A stretch of 52,139 nt of DNA from Psammoneis japonica (taxonomy: Eukaryota), in NCBI GenBank assembly GCA_008632985.1, contig QPGO01000062.1, forward strand, positions 372,001-424,139. The letters are read 5' to 3'. Numbering within the stretch: the stretch's first letter is position 1; each line of letters starts with the position of its first letter. Made by a program: the position numbers and the translations under genes. Shown here in pieces: positions 37,981-50,226 of the stretch. The notes beneath the pieces are model-generated. The model was given only the letters and a program-made list of their open reading frames with translations, was not told where the DNA came from and made no database searches.

Positions 37981-38430
37981 TCAATACAATTGAGAATTAC
38001 AGGGCAGCTTCTTGACGTGACGCTTCTTGGTTTTCGCATCTCCTCGCTCTTGTCGTCGCATTCGTTCTTGGTGCAAGCTACCCAACACGTGATTGACTTG
38101 AGAGTAATCCTTTACGGGCGGTTTATTGGGTTCTTCTACCTTTGTTGATGCAGGCTTGCTATAATCCGAGCTCGTGTCTTGACCCGGAACTTGTTGTCGG
38201 TGGTGCTGCTCTTCGTTTTCGTCAATCATCATGTTGTGTTCATCATCTCGTACTGTTGTAACAGAAGCATATTCTTCGATACGCATTCTCTTGAATGAGT
38301 GGCTCGGGTCGTCTTCGACGGCAGCGGCATCTCGTGGGCGCTTGGACGTGTTGTTCTTGTTGGGATGAAAAGAGTGCGTGCTTCGAGGCCTTTTCGTGTG
38401 TGGTTGCAGAGGATGATTGGAAAAACTCAT
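37981..38430 (-). CDS. Hypothetical hydrophilic protein (149 aa)
   Basis: ATG-to-TGA ORF with normal dinucleotide composition and basic NLS-like patches. Its 3' end is duplicated at 24890-24970. Confidence 0.6.
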   Translation of the reverse strand: MSFSNHPLQPHTKRPRSTHSFHPNKNNTSKRPRDAAAVEDDPSHSFKRMRIEEYASVTTVRDDEHNMMIDENEEQHHRQQVPGQDTSSDYSKPASTKVEEPNKPPVKDYSQVNHVLGSLHQERMRRQERGDAKTKKRHVKKLPCNSQLY

Positions 38431-38889
38431 TTTAGAACTCGCCGCGTCTCTGTCTCTATATCAGATAAAGACAGAATCGTTCAATAAAGCGCTCTCTCTG
38501 CACGTAAGAAATCGAGGTGTTTGATCCGATCTTCGCTTATCTCAGACTTTTACGTGAGTTCTTGTCCGTGATAGCTGTACCGGTATTACCAAGCTTTCGG
38601 TAATTTTCGCATTCACAAAAGTAAACAAAAAGCAGACCCCGCGTATCAGCCAAAAAGGCTTATGTTATCAATGGCGATAGAAAAAGTGTATCGTTGCGCT
38701 TATGGGGATGCTCAACGTAACAACCAACAACAAGAAACAACAAGATGTTTGCAGAATGACAACGAAAAGCTCGTCAGACTTGATCGTCCACCGTAGAAAT
38801 CTACGTAGTTTTCCGTACATTATCAATCACCGCGCCTGTCTATCGCGCGATGCAGTTTCAGTCTTCCCGGGGTGTGTTGGCTGCATAGT

Positions 38890-41800
38890 TAGCTGTCATT
38901 GTGTGGTGGTTTCTCAAAAAAGAGGCATGCCCAACAAAAAGCTTGTTTGTGCTCTTGCACATGTGCAACGCAACTCTTTTCAATGAGGCTTGCCTCTGTC
39001 TTCACATTTCAGGCTGTGCTTCTAACAAAATGACAAGGGTCTCAACATGTGGTGTGTCGTGCACTCATTTTTGCAGGCTTTGTGTTTTGTGTCATTGTTG
39101 CTTGCATGCAGCAGCAGCAGCAGCAGCAGAGGTTGTGTGTTGTGTTGACCACAAGCACTGGCATGTCAGTTGAAAAAGGGGTCAAGGGATTTTGTCATTA
39201 GGTGCTCAGTTTTGTCAAATCAGAAAACTTTTTCTGTGATTTGAGATGTGTTCATTGTGGAAAAAGAGCAAGCAAAACAGCTTTTCTTTTGTCACAATCA
39301 CAAACTGCAATGGAGCCATGTCAAAGCAAAGGCCATTCAGTGATGTTGCAGCAGTTTGGAAACAGTTGTGCTGCAGCATGTCATGACATCATTTTTGAAG
39401 TTGTGACATCACAGCCAGTGCAGCCTTTCAACAGCATGGTTGCAGCTGTTGCACCACATTGCATCACATTTTCTCATTCAACAGGAGCACATTTCTTGCA
39501 ACTCATCACGTGCATTTCCCTGTCAAACATTGTCCCTTCTTCACACCATGTGAAGTTGTTGATGTCATTTTTTTTAAAACTTCATGACCCTCCATCTCAA
39601 AAACAAGACAACAGCTTCTCCCCTTTTCCCTCTCCCACCAATGACTCCTTTCATTGCACAACATGACAAAGTGACACAAAAATGTGTGGAGCATTTTTGA
39701 GACACAACCACACTTTTGTGCATTTGTGCAGCATGTCTTGAGCTCTTTCAATGCAAGTGACCCTCCAACTCACTGTCCTGATTTTCTCTCTCACACCTTT
39801 CACACTGACCCAATCACACACACCAGCCTGTTTTCCCTCTCAGTGTGACACAACATCCAAGCAATGTGTCAAATGTGTGTGACATGTTTCAAAAATCATG
39901 ACCCGCCATTTGTGTGCCAAGAGTTCAGCCAGCTCATCAAGTGGGCAGCCCCATCACACATGCCAGGCAGTGACAGCAGTTTTTGCAAAAACCACTGTTT
40001 CTTCAAAAAAAAAAAAACCTCTCAACAACTCCTTGCAGCCACTCAACAAGACAGGGATGAGACAGCACTGGTCTGCCAGCCGGCAGCAGTCACCAAGGGA
40101 GAAAAGGAAGCTGCTGAAGCTCATTTCAAGCAGTTCTCAAGCAGAACCTGATGATTGTGCCTTTTTTGTCATGACATGTCTTGTTTGTCATGATGCTCTT
40201 GGATGCTCTTGGCTTCAGCACTCTTGTCATGAAAAAGGCAGAGACTTGCAACTTCATGCCCTGACAGTGCACACAGCTGCTGTGCAAGCACAGTGCAGCT
40301 GTGATGACAGCTGTTTGCATCACTCAACACACTTGCTCATTCAGAAAATGCATTGCCTCGAAGGAATCAAAAATCTTTCTCCTCCCAATGGTGGCTGGCA
40401 ATGGGCTGTGTTGCCAAGTTTTTGTGGACTTTGTCATGTGTGCACTCATGATCTCCAACAACCCAATGCACAGTGTGCCAGTGACTCCATTGTGCAAAAA
40501 GAGATAAAATGGCAAGAAACACCACAGCACAACTCACTGCAATTGAAGAGTGACAATGTCTGACCCGAGCTTTGTCACACCCATCAATGGAGTGGCATGA
40601 AAGGGGTCAGCCATGCACTTGTGCAAGACTTGTCCTCAATGCATCAAAAACAAGCCACTGTTTGAGCCAGCAGTGGAGCACAAAGAAATTAAGAATGAAA
40701 CCTCAGAAATGAGATGACAAATTGTTGCTTGTGGATGAAGGAAATGCCAATGCCAGCATTCTTTGATGAAGATTTAAACCCATTGGCAAGCAACACAAGC
40801 AGTGACAACCCTGTCAGGCTGGCCAACACCAACGTGCTGAAGGGCTTCTGTGCCCAAAGAGTGTGCTGCAAGGCAAGAAGAGGGGCAAAGAGTGGGCACA
40901 GCACTGCCACAGTTGGTTGCAAGTGGCTGATGCTGGTGGGTGGAAAGAGCTGGACAAGCTTGAGAAACACGTGCAATGCCTGCGGCAGCCCAACAAAAAA
41001 TGTGTCCAAGGCAAGGGTGTGCATCGTGCAGAATGGCTGCATGGATTTGCTTCTCCTGCTGCCACAGAGAATTGTTTGCACAGGTCTGACAACCACTGTG
41101 AGAACAGAGTTGCTGGGCTTGTGTCATGTGACTCTTGTTGCACTCCATGAGCAGAACAAAAGCAGTGCAGCAAAGTTAAAGTGGCTGGTGCGGTTTGTTC
41201 AAATCTGTGACCAGGAATGCCACAAAATTTGCTGGATGCATGCTCCATGTGAAATCAACTTGAAAATTCTCTGTCACCATGCTCTGCACCTCCTGCACTG
41301 GCTCATGCTAAGTTCACATTTTTTGGAGCCTCAAACCTCTTGGCGCTCATGTTGCAGACTCAGATTTAAGGCTGATGGGAGAAATTGCATGTTGTGAACA
41401 TTTCTCTGTTTGTGTTGCAGCCTGGAAGGCTGCTCCCACCCACTTTTGCAAGTGGCAACAGCATTGCTCATCATGTGCCACAATGAGGTGACTTGCAATC
41501 TTGAATCTTGGCCCTGCCTTCAATGCTGTCAGTGGCAAGATGGGCACGCCACTCCTGCACAGAAGGCAGGGGTTGTTGACAGCACTGCCTGTCCAGGTTT
41601 GAGCCTCAAAGCATTGTTGGAGATGTGGCCTCATGTTGTCTTGGAGAACTTTGCACGGCAAAACACTGAGGCAAAGCCAGCTGAGGCCAGCAGCCTTGCA
41701 TTTGTTGCTGCACTGTTGAGCACATTGTTGTCACCACAAACAACAGGTGTGCACCATCAAGAGGAGCCATGCTCAGATTCTTGCACTGCTTGCTCAAGTC

Positions 41801-42920
41801 ATGGCTTGTCCTCAGAGCAACGCACAAGCAACCATGTTTTGCCCATCAGCTGACCACCAACTTGCAACATGAAAATTGACATTTGTGCTTTGCAGCAACA
41901 ACCGCAGCATCTCACATTAAAAATGGCAATGTCTTGCACCCCAGAGGCATTGCTTTGCACTCAGACAACACAGCAGCTGAGCACACAAATGAGACAAAGA
42001 TGAAAACTGCACAAATGCATGCACCCATGGACAGGTCACTTGACAGGAGCTGTGGTTCAAGAAGAAGCAGGGGCTGCAAATGCCAGTGTGCTCGCACCTG
42101 AGTCTCAACCTCCAGTGGCCACAAAAGAAATTGTCAAGAACCAAGGGCACAAAAAGTGTTGTTGTCAGAGGTGCTCAGAAAGATTTGCCACAGAAGAGTG
42201 TCGGCAGCAGAGATGCCATGGAGCAAAGGGTCAAGCTGTCTGCCCTGACTTGGCAAGCAAATGGCACAACATTTCATGAGAGCAGATCTCTGGAGCTGGC
42301 AAAAAGGTGATGAGCAACCAGGAGTGCACACAGTTTGTGAGTGCAAGCAAAGCAACAGACTGGCATTTGCTGGATGCAGGAGCCTTGATGGACAACAAGT
42401 GTCTGGAGAAAATGCACGAATGGCAGGAGTGCATGTCAGAGCAGGCCAAGGATTGTGTTTAAAAAGTTCAAAAACAAAAAGCAGTGCAACAAACTCTCCA
42501 AGAAAAGGGCTCCAAAATCCCTGCTGCTGGGCCTGGCAAAAAGAGTGAAAAAATAAAACAAGAGCAAGCTCAAGGCATCCCTTGACCCAGCCAACTCAAC
42601 AACAGCTGCCAACGTTGTTTTGCAGCCCTCCCGCATCATGTCCAGCAGCTGGAGAGTGCGTTGTTGGCACACAGCAGCCATGGGTGGGGTGGGGAGGAAG
42701 CAGCAGCTGGGTCTTTTGACAACAGCATCAATGGTGTGTCATGCAAACAATGGCAATGGTGTGCACAGCAAGTCCAAGCCACCCTTTGCCGACAGCGTGT
42801 TTCTTTGTTCCAGTCGAGGTTTGAACCCGTGTGTGCCCGTGCCTCCAGTGCGAGTGTTGGCGTGCGTGCGCGAACCTCGAACCTCTCCGACGATCTCTTC
42901 ACATTTTTGCCGAAGCCAGC
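38890..42920. other. Old TpA- and CpG-depleted relic domain
   Basis: Very few TA or CG dinucleotides. TG/CA-rich. The ORFs are Cys/His-rich and unrecognisable. Confidence 0.6.
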
Positions 42921-43111
42921 CGCAACCTAACCAAAAGCAACGATGTGCAAAACAAAACGAGAACATTCATTGGACAGTCTACTGCAGATATATTTGCCAA
43001 AGTACTCATTTGCTCATCTGGCAACCCTTCTCCAACCGATGTTTGGCACACGTTTCAAAGCAAGCAAAACTCGAGAAGAAAGCACGTTGTCATTCGAATA
43101 GCACGAGAAGA

Positions 43112-45157
43112 ATGCTCCTCTTGCGGGTCGTCTGCTTATGCCTCTTCCTTTGCAGTGGTGCAGAGGCGAAGACAAGCGCTACTCGTGGCAACACTCGCAA
43201 ACAAGAAGTTGAAGCTTTGGGAAACAAGGTGACCACCGATGCGGCAACACTCGAGGAAATCCAAGCCTACTCGAAATCGAGTCATCAATTGGTGGTACGT
43301 CATCTTTTATCCTACAAGATTGCTGAAGTCAGCGAGGTTTTTCCACTTTATGGAATGGCACCAATGGATGGAAAGCTCTATTTCTTTGCTGACGATGGAA
43401 GGCATGGAGATGAGCTGTGGGCACATGATTCATTGAGTGGCATTACAGAAATGGTAAAGGATATTCGTCCCGGTAGGAGGAGTTCAAATCCATATTTTTT
43501 GATACCTCTGGATGGAAAACTGTACTTCCAAGCTGATGACGGAAATCATGGATATGAGCTTTGGGTGCACGATCCAGCGATTCAAACAACGGAAATGGTA
43601 AAAGACATCAATCCCGATCGTGATGATTCGGGACCAATTTCTTTGACGCCAATTGACGGAAAGCTGTATTTCACAGCTAATGATGGAATTCATGGAGAGG
43701 AGCCCTGGGTACATGATCCCATGAGTGGCAAAACTGAAATGGTAAAAGACATTAATCAGGGTGCGGGGCATTCGAAACCAGGTGGCTTTACACTCTTAAA
43801 TGGAATGCTGTACTTCACTGCTCGCACTGGAAAGCAGCGCAAATTTGAGCTTTGGGTGCATGATCCGTTGAGTCACGGGACGGAAAAGGCAAAGGATATC
43901 ATCCATCCTGGACGCAAGCCTTTTGATCCAACACAACTCACACCATTGGATGGAAAGCTGTATTTCCGTGCTCATGATGTAACGCATGGACGGGAACTTT
44001 GGATGTACGATCCACTGAGCCAAACAATGGAAATGGTAAAGGATATCCGTCCCGGGGGCTCGGATTCAAACCCAGAATATCTGACGCCCATGGATGGAAA
44101 GCTTTACTTCCAAGCTTATGATGAAATGCATGGACGTGAGCTTTGGATGCACGATCCGTTGAGTCAAACAACGGAAATGGTAAAAGACATCAGTCCTGGT
44201 CATAGTGGTTCGGAACCAGCGAGTTTGACGCCCATGGATGGAAAGCTCTACTTCACTGCTTTTGAAGAAAAGCATGGAAAGGAGCTTTGGGTGCACGATC
44301 CGTTGAGTCAAACAACGGAAATGGTCAAAGATATCTTGCGCGGTCGCTACAGAGGTTCGTCTCCATCAAGTTTGACACCAATAAACGGAAAGCTTTTCTT
44401 TCAAGCCTACACTGAAAGGCATGGGTTTGAGCTTTGGATGCACGATTCGTTGACTCAAACAACTGAAATGGTAAGCGACATTAATCCTGGTCGTGATGGT
44501 TCGGGTCCACGCTATTTGACGCCCATGGATGGAAAGTTGTACTTTACGGCAAATGATGATGGAACAAGATATAAGCTTTTCAAGCTGGAGTTGTTGCAAG
44601 AGGATCCCAATGATGTTGACAGCGACGGAGTGCCGGATGACTTGGACAACTGTCCCTCGGTTCCCAATGCTAATCAGGCGGATAGTGACGGGGACGGCAT
44701 TGGAGATGCTTGTGATGACTGTCCCTTGCATTCTACCCGCCAGCTCAAGGTTGTCAGCAGAGGACCCATGGGAAGAGTGAGGATCCGTTCATCCCCGCGA
44801 TATTGGTTTGACACTTGTCCACCTCACACAATGAAAAAGGCGGCTAATAGCACGTCTCCTAAGCTTCTGTTAAAGATTCAGTTCAAGGACTGCAACAACA
44901 AGACGGTTACGGATGGATTCGACGAGCAGCCTGAGTTGTATCGTGTCGTCAAAGTAAACGAAAATGGCACCTTTCAAGATACGGGCCTTTCGGGCGGTAA
45001 GATGCGAATTGCCAAGAAAAATGGAAATTGGGTCTTCAAGGTGAAGAATCCAAAAGATTCTCTTGGTGGAGTTGGTTGTTTTGCGGCGGAATTCAAGTTT
45101 TCGAAAAGAGCAGGAGGAGAGCCAGTGTATGGCAGCTCGTCGTTCTATCTAAAGTAA
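43112..45157 (+). CDS. Secreted ELWxxD(GT)-type repeat beta-propeller protein with thrombospondin type-3 repeats (about 681 aa)
   Basis: Signal peptide [19 protein letters not shown]. About 8-9 repeats of ~48 aa ([20 protein letters not shown]....TEMVKDI.PG), then [33 protein letters not shown]. Intronless. Confidence 0.88.
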   Translation: MLLLRVVCLCLFLCSGAEAKTSATRGNTRKQEVEALGNKVTTDAATLEEIQAYSKSSHQLVVRHLLSYKIAEVSEVFPLYGMAPMDGKLYFFADDGRHGDELWAHDSLSGITEMVKDIRPGRRSSNPYFLIPLDGKLYFQADDGNHGYELWVHDPAIQTTEMVKDINPDRDDSGPISLTPIDGKLYFTANDGIHGEEPWVHDPMSGKTEMVKDINQGAGHSKPGGFTLLNGMLYFTARTGKQRKFELWVHDPLSHGTEKAKDIIHPGRKPFDPTQLTPLDGKLYFRAHDVTHGRELWMYDPLSQTMEMVKDIRPGGSDSNPEYLTPMDGKLYFQAYDEMHGRELWMHDPLSQTTEMVKDISPGHSGSEPASLTPMDGKLYFTAFEEKHGKELWVHDPLSQTTEMVKDILRGRYRGSSPSSLTPINGKLFFQAYTERHGFELWMHDSLTQTTEMVSDINPGRDGSGPRYLTPMDGKLYFTANDDGTRYKLFKLELLQEDPNDVDSDGVPDDLDNCPSVPNANQADSDGDGIGDACDDCPLHSTRQLKVVSRGPMGRVRIRSSPRYWFDTCPPHTMKKAANSTSPKLLLKIQFKDCNNKTVTDGFDEQPELYRVVKVNENGTFQDTGLSGGKMRIAKKNGNWVFKVKNPKDSLGGVGCFAAEFKFSKRAGGEPVYGSSSFYLK

Positions 45158-45628
45158 AGTCGTCTTGCTGTTGTTGGTGACGTATCTCTCTAGAGCGTAT
45201 GGTAAAATGTCAATTTCCATGTTGCAGGAATAAGAACGATTGTGGGTATGGCTCACCGAGTAAATTCTACTGGTCTCACCCTGTCCTTTGACGAATAAAG
45301 TCTACAAAAGAGAGTAAAGAACAAACAGCCTCTCCCCACCTCCTCCTCACGGTTAGAGAGAGTAAACGAAAGAAAATTGCGCACCGCATTTTCAGTCGTC
45401 CGAGTTAATCCGCTTCGTCAACCACATCAATGGATAAGACTCATACGGTACGAACTCTCTCCTACCGGTAGAGAGAGGTACGGCCCTCTAGAGAGGAAGG
45501 GGGCAACGATCATAGGCGGAGGGGCAAGAATAAGACTGCAGTGCACAGGCCGAGTAAAACACAAAGATAAGCTATTAAAACTCTTGCTAATCTCTCTACA
45601 AAATACAGCACTGTTCTCCCCCTTAGTT

Positions 45629-48600
45629 TCATGATGACAGGCCCAGCGTGGTTTTGAGCAACTCCTTGTTTGCTTCTACGGTTTCGCTGTCTTGGTCACT
45701 AAAGTCCAGTGCATCGTATACGTTGTAAATTTGGTTCGCAAGTGCTTCCGGCACGTCCAAGTCAAGATCGCCCTCCACAAAGGCGGCATAGCGGACCAAT
45801 TCTTTGATTGGTTCAACCGCTGTGTCTTGACGGCCACGCATCAATTCACCCTTGATCAAGTCATATGCCGTGCTGGAGAGTTTCATCAACATGCCTTCAA
45901 ACAATCGCTCTGTTTCTTCTTGCTCTAGTCCAAGACTCTCTTGGACTTCTCGCACCAACTCACCGCCATTCTCGGTAGAAACCTCACCCGACTTGAGTGG
46001 AGGAATGACTTCGGCTTCGAACATGCGGGACAAGCGCGTCTTGGAAATACCAACGTCCTCCGAAAGACTCATGCCAATGGAATTGCACTTTTCACGGAAG
46101 GCCTTGACGCCTTGTGGGGTAGGCTCGTCCATGAGCGCATCGACTTCTTCGCTCAGAACCTTTCGTTGAGAAGCCATCAACATTTTCTCGCCCTGCTCTG
46201 ACGAGAGACCGAGTTTGGACTGGATATTGGCCAAGAACATCAAGTCCTGTTGGTCCATTTCACCCTTGGTCTTCATGGCGTTGGTTACAAAGTTGTCGTA
46301 AACCGTGCTTCCAATGTTGCTGCCAATCTCTTCCATCTTTTCGCTCGTCAAACCCAAGATTCCACCAAAGGTGGCCTTGGCACCCTCGTATCGCTCTCCC
46401 TGTGGACCCTGCGTTGTGAAGCCTCCTACTACAAACTGACGATAAAGCAATTCGGCAATCTCATTGTCAATGCAATCTTCGCCGAGAGCCGTCACAGGAT
46501 AAGTCGTTTCAAACACGGGCACTTCTTCCTCGACAATTTCGTCCTCGCCGTCCTCCTCCTCGGCAGGGATTCTCTTTTCGACCGTCTTTGTTCCAACCTC
46601 CTTTTGCTCGCAAATATCATTCTCCAAGTAGAAGTCAACAAGATTCATAATATCACTCATAATGTTTGCCTCCGCGCCAAGACCAAGAACCCCCTGTCAA
46701 GAAGAAGAAAGAATAAAGGGCGACGAACGTTAATGGGTATATCTAACAGTCGTAAAATCTCTGCAAGTGAACGCTTCAACATCCTTACCGTTGCGCCCTT
46801 GCCAGTTTGGAAGAGATCTTCGCCCATATCCTTCTTGCGTCGCTGTGAGAGTTGTTGTTGCGTAAGCATAGTTCGCTCCAGCTCACTTGCAATCCATTCA
46901 ACCATTGGCACCATCTTTTCTCGGACTGCATCCAAGAAAATACTCTTTGTCGATTCTTCTGAAACACCAAGTCTGTCACGGAGCTCTTCCAACGGCTTTC
47001 TGAACTCAGGGAGAATCACGCCCGTGCTGCCCATGGATTCCAAAACGCTCTTTTTGTATACCGGGGCGAAGGAATTAATGTGAGCGGCGTAGGTGTCCTC
47101 CTTCTCCAACTGAAACAACGATCGCAAGGCATCAAGAGCAGCGTTCTGCTCTTCCGTTGGAACCCCAGCCGGGGTCTATATATTCGAACATGAGCGCATG
47201 TGAGCAAACCCAACGACAACTCAGAAAAAAAGTATGTGCTCTCCAGGAAATCTTGTGCACGTACCTTCTCGCTAACAATAGCAACAGCCTTTGCGTACAA
47301 ACCACTACCAATTTCTTCCAAAAACTGGGTCGATAGCTTGTAGCTGTCCATTACTTCCTCAATGTTCTTCTGAGGTTTTTGGCAAGCTCTGGAGTGTAAT
47401 CATCTAGAATCTCAGCCATGGCCGTCTTCATCGCCTTTTGCAATTCAGGTCCAAAGGAGGTTCTGGCTTCATTCTCAGCTTCGGCATCGGTAATTCCCAG
47501 CAAGCCCTTCACCTCCATGACCTTATCGTACATTTCCTTGGTGAGCTTACCGTCCTCGCTCTTACGCACGGTCCTGATCAAAAAGATCTTATACATTTTG
47601 AGACGTTCCGTGTCTTCCAGGAATCCACAAGCAGAATTTTTGTTCCGGGGATCACAAAAGGTCTCGTCAAACTTTTCAAACTCGTCAAAGCCACTTTTCG
47701 ACAAGACAGCAATAAGAGCTTCCTTTGCCTCGAGCGCTTCCAACAAGTGTTCATAGGTCGCGGCCTCGTTGTTGACCTTGGCAAACTTGTTGGTTTCCTC
47801 GAGAGGACCACCAAGAGCCTGCATTACCATGGAGCTCAACAAATCCTTTGAGCTGCTCTCCATCAACAAGAGTTCCTCGCGGCGTTTTTCCAATAGAGTC
47901 CAGGCTTCATCGGGGGTCTTGCTTCCGGCCAGGACGTCCTTCATGGCAGCCAGAGCAGTCTGTTGGAATAGAGGCGTCGCTTCAACCGTGACTTCGTACT
48001 CAACGTCAGCTTCAGACAATCCGAAAACTTGGGAGAGTCTTGCAAGCTGTAAGAGAAAGAGTAGTCCAAACGGCGAAAGAATAAGGACATATCAATACAC
48101 AACGTATGAAACGAAGAACATGCAAGGCACCAAACTTACGCGCTCAATCGCATCTTGTGAGAATTTCAAGTCATCCATATCCTCGGTCTTGACCTCGTTT
48201 CCATCCTTGTCGACTTTTCCTAAAAGTTCTCTGACATCGTCGTTGAGAGCACTAATGTGCAGGTCTTTTGCTGTACTTTCCGACAAGCCCAAGGTGTTGC
48301 GGGCACGCTGTAGCATTTCTGGCGAAACCTTGTCGCTGTCCAGCTTTGCCCGAACAGACTTGAGGGCCTTCATGTAAAACGGTTCAGTCACGTCCGAAAC
48401 ATGATCCATTGCAGTCAACAGAGAAAGATTCATTGCCTTGGCCACTCTAGTCATTTCATACGTAAACGCTTCTTGTGTCTCGCCTCCCTGTCGCAAAACT
48501 CCTTCCGTGAGGAACAGCATCTTGTCCATGGCAACACGATCAGGATGCTCTGGGTCGTCCAACTCTTCCTCGGGAGTTACAAGAGTGGTGGTTCTGTACC

Positions 48601-49308
48601 ATTCAGCCGCAGCAGCGGCATGGGCCTCACCGACGGCAAGATTCTCCAAGCCAAGACACTGCTTGAGCTTATCCAGTTCCTTGAGTTCCCGTGTGCTAGG
48701 TTCCATATTGTGTTTCACCATGCCCAATAGGTATTTTGCGTAAATGTCTGTGCACAAGGCCGTAAAGTCTTCCTCCAAGACTCCATAGTCTTGTTGGACT
48801 TGTAGGACAGCCTCGTGTGTAACAGATGGCTCATCGACACCATTGTCAATCAAAACTTGCGCAAGTGCCGGTTTCGCAGCCGTCTCTGCCATTTCATCCA
48901 TTTTCGACTTGCCCACGGCGCCCGCAATACCCGATACCATGGCACCTACCGTGTTGGCTGCAATCCCCGAGGCGGGACCAATCCAAAGCCCAAGGCGGCA
49001 GACACTGGAATCGTGGCCAGGCCTGCAATTTTCCACATTTTTGGAGATTTCACAACAATTTGCTTTGTCACCTTGGGAGATGCGTCGACCAGTGTCTGAA
49101 GCTCTTCGATACCACCACCCGCGAGTGAAAACATGCTCATGGATCCTCGAGTAGGAGGAGGCGTAGACGAAACTGTAGCGGAAAGGACTGTGCGTGGAAC
49201 AAACGCACTTCCCATTTTTGTAGGAGACGGCAGCATGGCGAAACTAGCCACTTCATTCGAAGCTGTTGCAGCCACCAACGTAGCGAGGGCTGCCGAGTGA
49301 AACTTCAT
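45629..49308 (-). CDS. TIC110: Plastid-targeted Tic110-like inner-envelope translocon protein; 4 exons, two apparent 1-bp frameshifts
   Basis: Signal peptide followed by VASF (ASAF-like). Two N-terminal hydrophobic segments, then a long acidic helical region (ELKELDKLKQCLGL..AVGEAH, DKMLFL). GT-AG introns 48047-48139, 47176-47264 and 46694-46788 restore the frame. Frame breaks near 48975 and 47372. The family call is from recalled architecture, not a search. Confidence 0.7.
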
Positions 49309-49859
49309 TATTTTGTGATGTGCTTATTAATTTTCGTGCTGTAAGCATCAACAGCGTAAGCGAGTTAAGAAAGAACTAGTAAGTTTCAAAAAGTTCAGTT
49401 CAGCAGCATGCGATTTTTTCTACTGCTTCACTCGTCTTTCTCGAGCCATCAAACAAAAACACACGTTTTCTGTACATACCGTCGAAAGATGAAAGAAAGA
49501 CGTCGGGGATTCACGGTAATTTAACCCACAAAATTAATTCAAGATCTAAAACTAAATGGTCAAAGGAGCAGCAATAGAGTTTGATGCTCACGTCACACTT
49601 GTTGTTGCGCTCTCTCGAAGAAATAAAGGAGATTCAAGAACAACAGCAGCAATCACTCGTTGCTTTTTTCGTTTGTCGTTTTTTCTACTCTACGAATTTG
49701 TGCGGCTCCACGCGTCACTGCTCCATCAACTTGCGTCAGTATTGGTTCCACGTAGAATCTACGCCAAGTTGAAGTCTGTCGGCGCTTGGATGGGAACGTT
49801 CACACATCACCCGATCTATCCGACCAACCCGAATCGATTTCAGGATATGAGCTCATCTA

Positions 49860-50055
49860 ACGAGAACTCTCTATCTACTCTAGAGCCTAGCTAGCTAGTC
49901 TCTACTCTAGCTAGAGTAGAGCTAGCTACTCTAGCTAGTACTTATTAGGCCATCCTACTAGCTAGTAGAGAGGTCTACTCTAGAGCTAGTAGCTGAAGGT
50001 ATTCTCTACCCTTTACTCTACTAGCTACGGTACGGTAGAGAGTAGAGTAGAGCGA
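49860..50055. repeat. Low-complexity CTAG/TAGAG/CTACT-rich tract
   Basis: ctctagagcctagctagctagtctctactctagctagagtagagctagctactctagctagta... Very dense in TpA. Confidence 0.8.
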
Positions 50056-50226
50056 GGCTCCCCTCTCACTTCGGGTGTATCATAAACATGGCAGGGCGTA
50101 ACGTGGTTTAGTTTAATTTATACTAAAATGTGTCATCTTGCTTGCTTTAGAAATAGTACTCCAAGACGAAGGACAGCAAGCTTACTAACTAAAGGGAATG
50201 ACGATCATGCTACTACTCGTGGCGCG

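Noticed and set aside
1..42920. Hundreds of overlapping Cys/His-rich, Tyr-free ORFs on all six frames (e.g. 4024-5562, 4064-5620, 24762-25754)
   Set aside because: By-product of TpA loss: TAA/TAG stops and Tyr codons vanish, leaving spurious long ORFs. They are not metal-binding proteins or antisense genes.
42620..43111. N-terminal 164-aa extension of the 845-aa ORF
   Set aside because: It starts at a non-ATG codon within the stop-poor mutated domain. The signal peptide begins at ATG 43112.
43340..44560. Regularly spaced ~144-bp repeats resembling a CRISPR array
   Set aside because: They are in-frame protein repeat units with no unique spacers and no cas genes.
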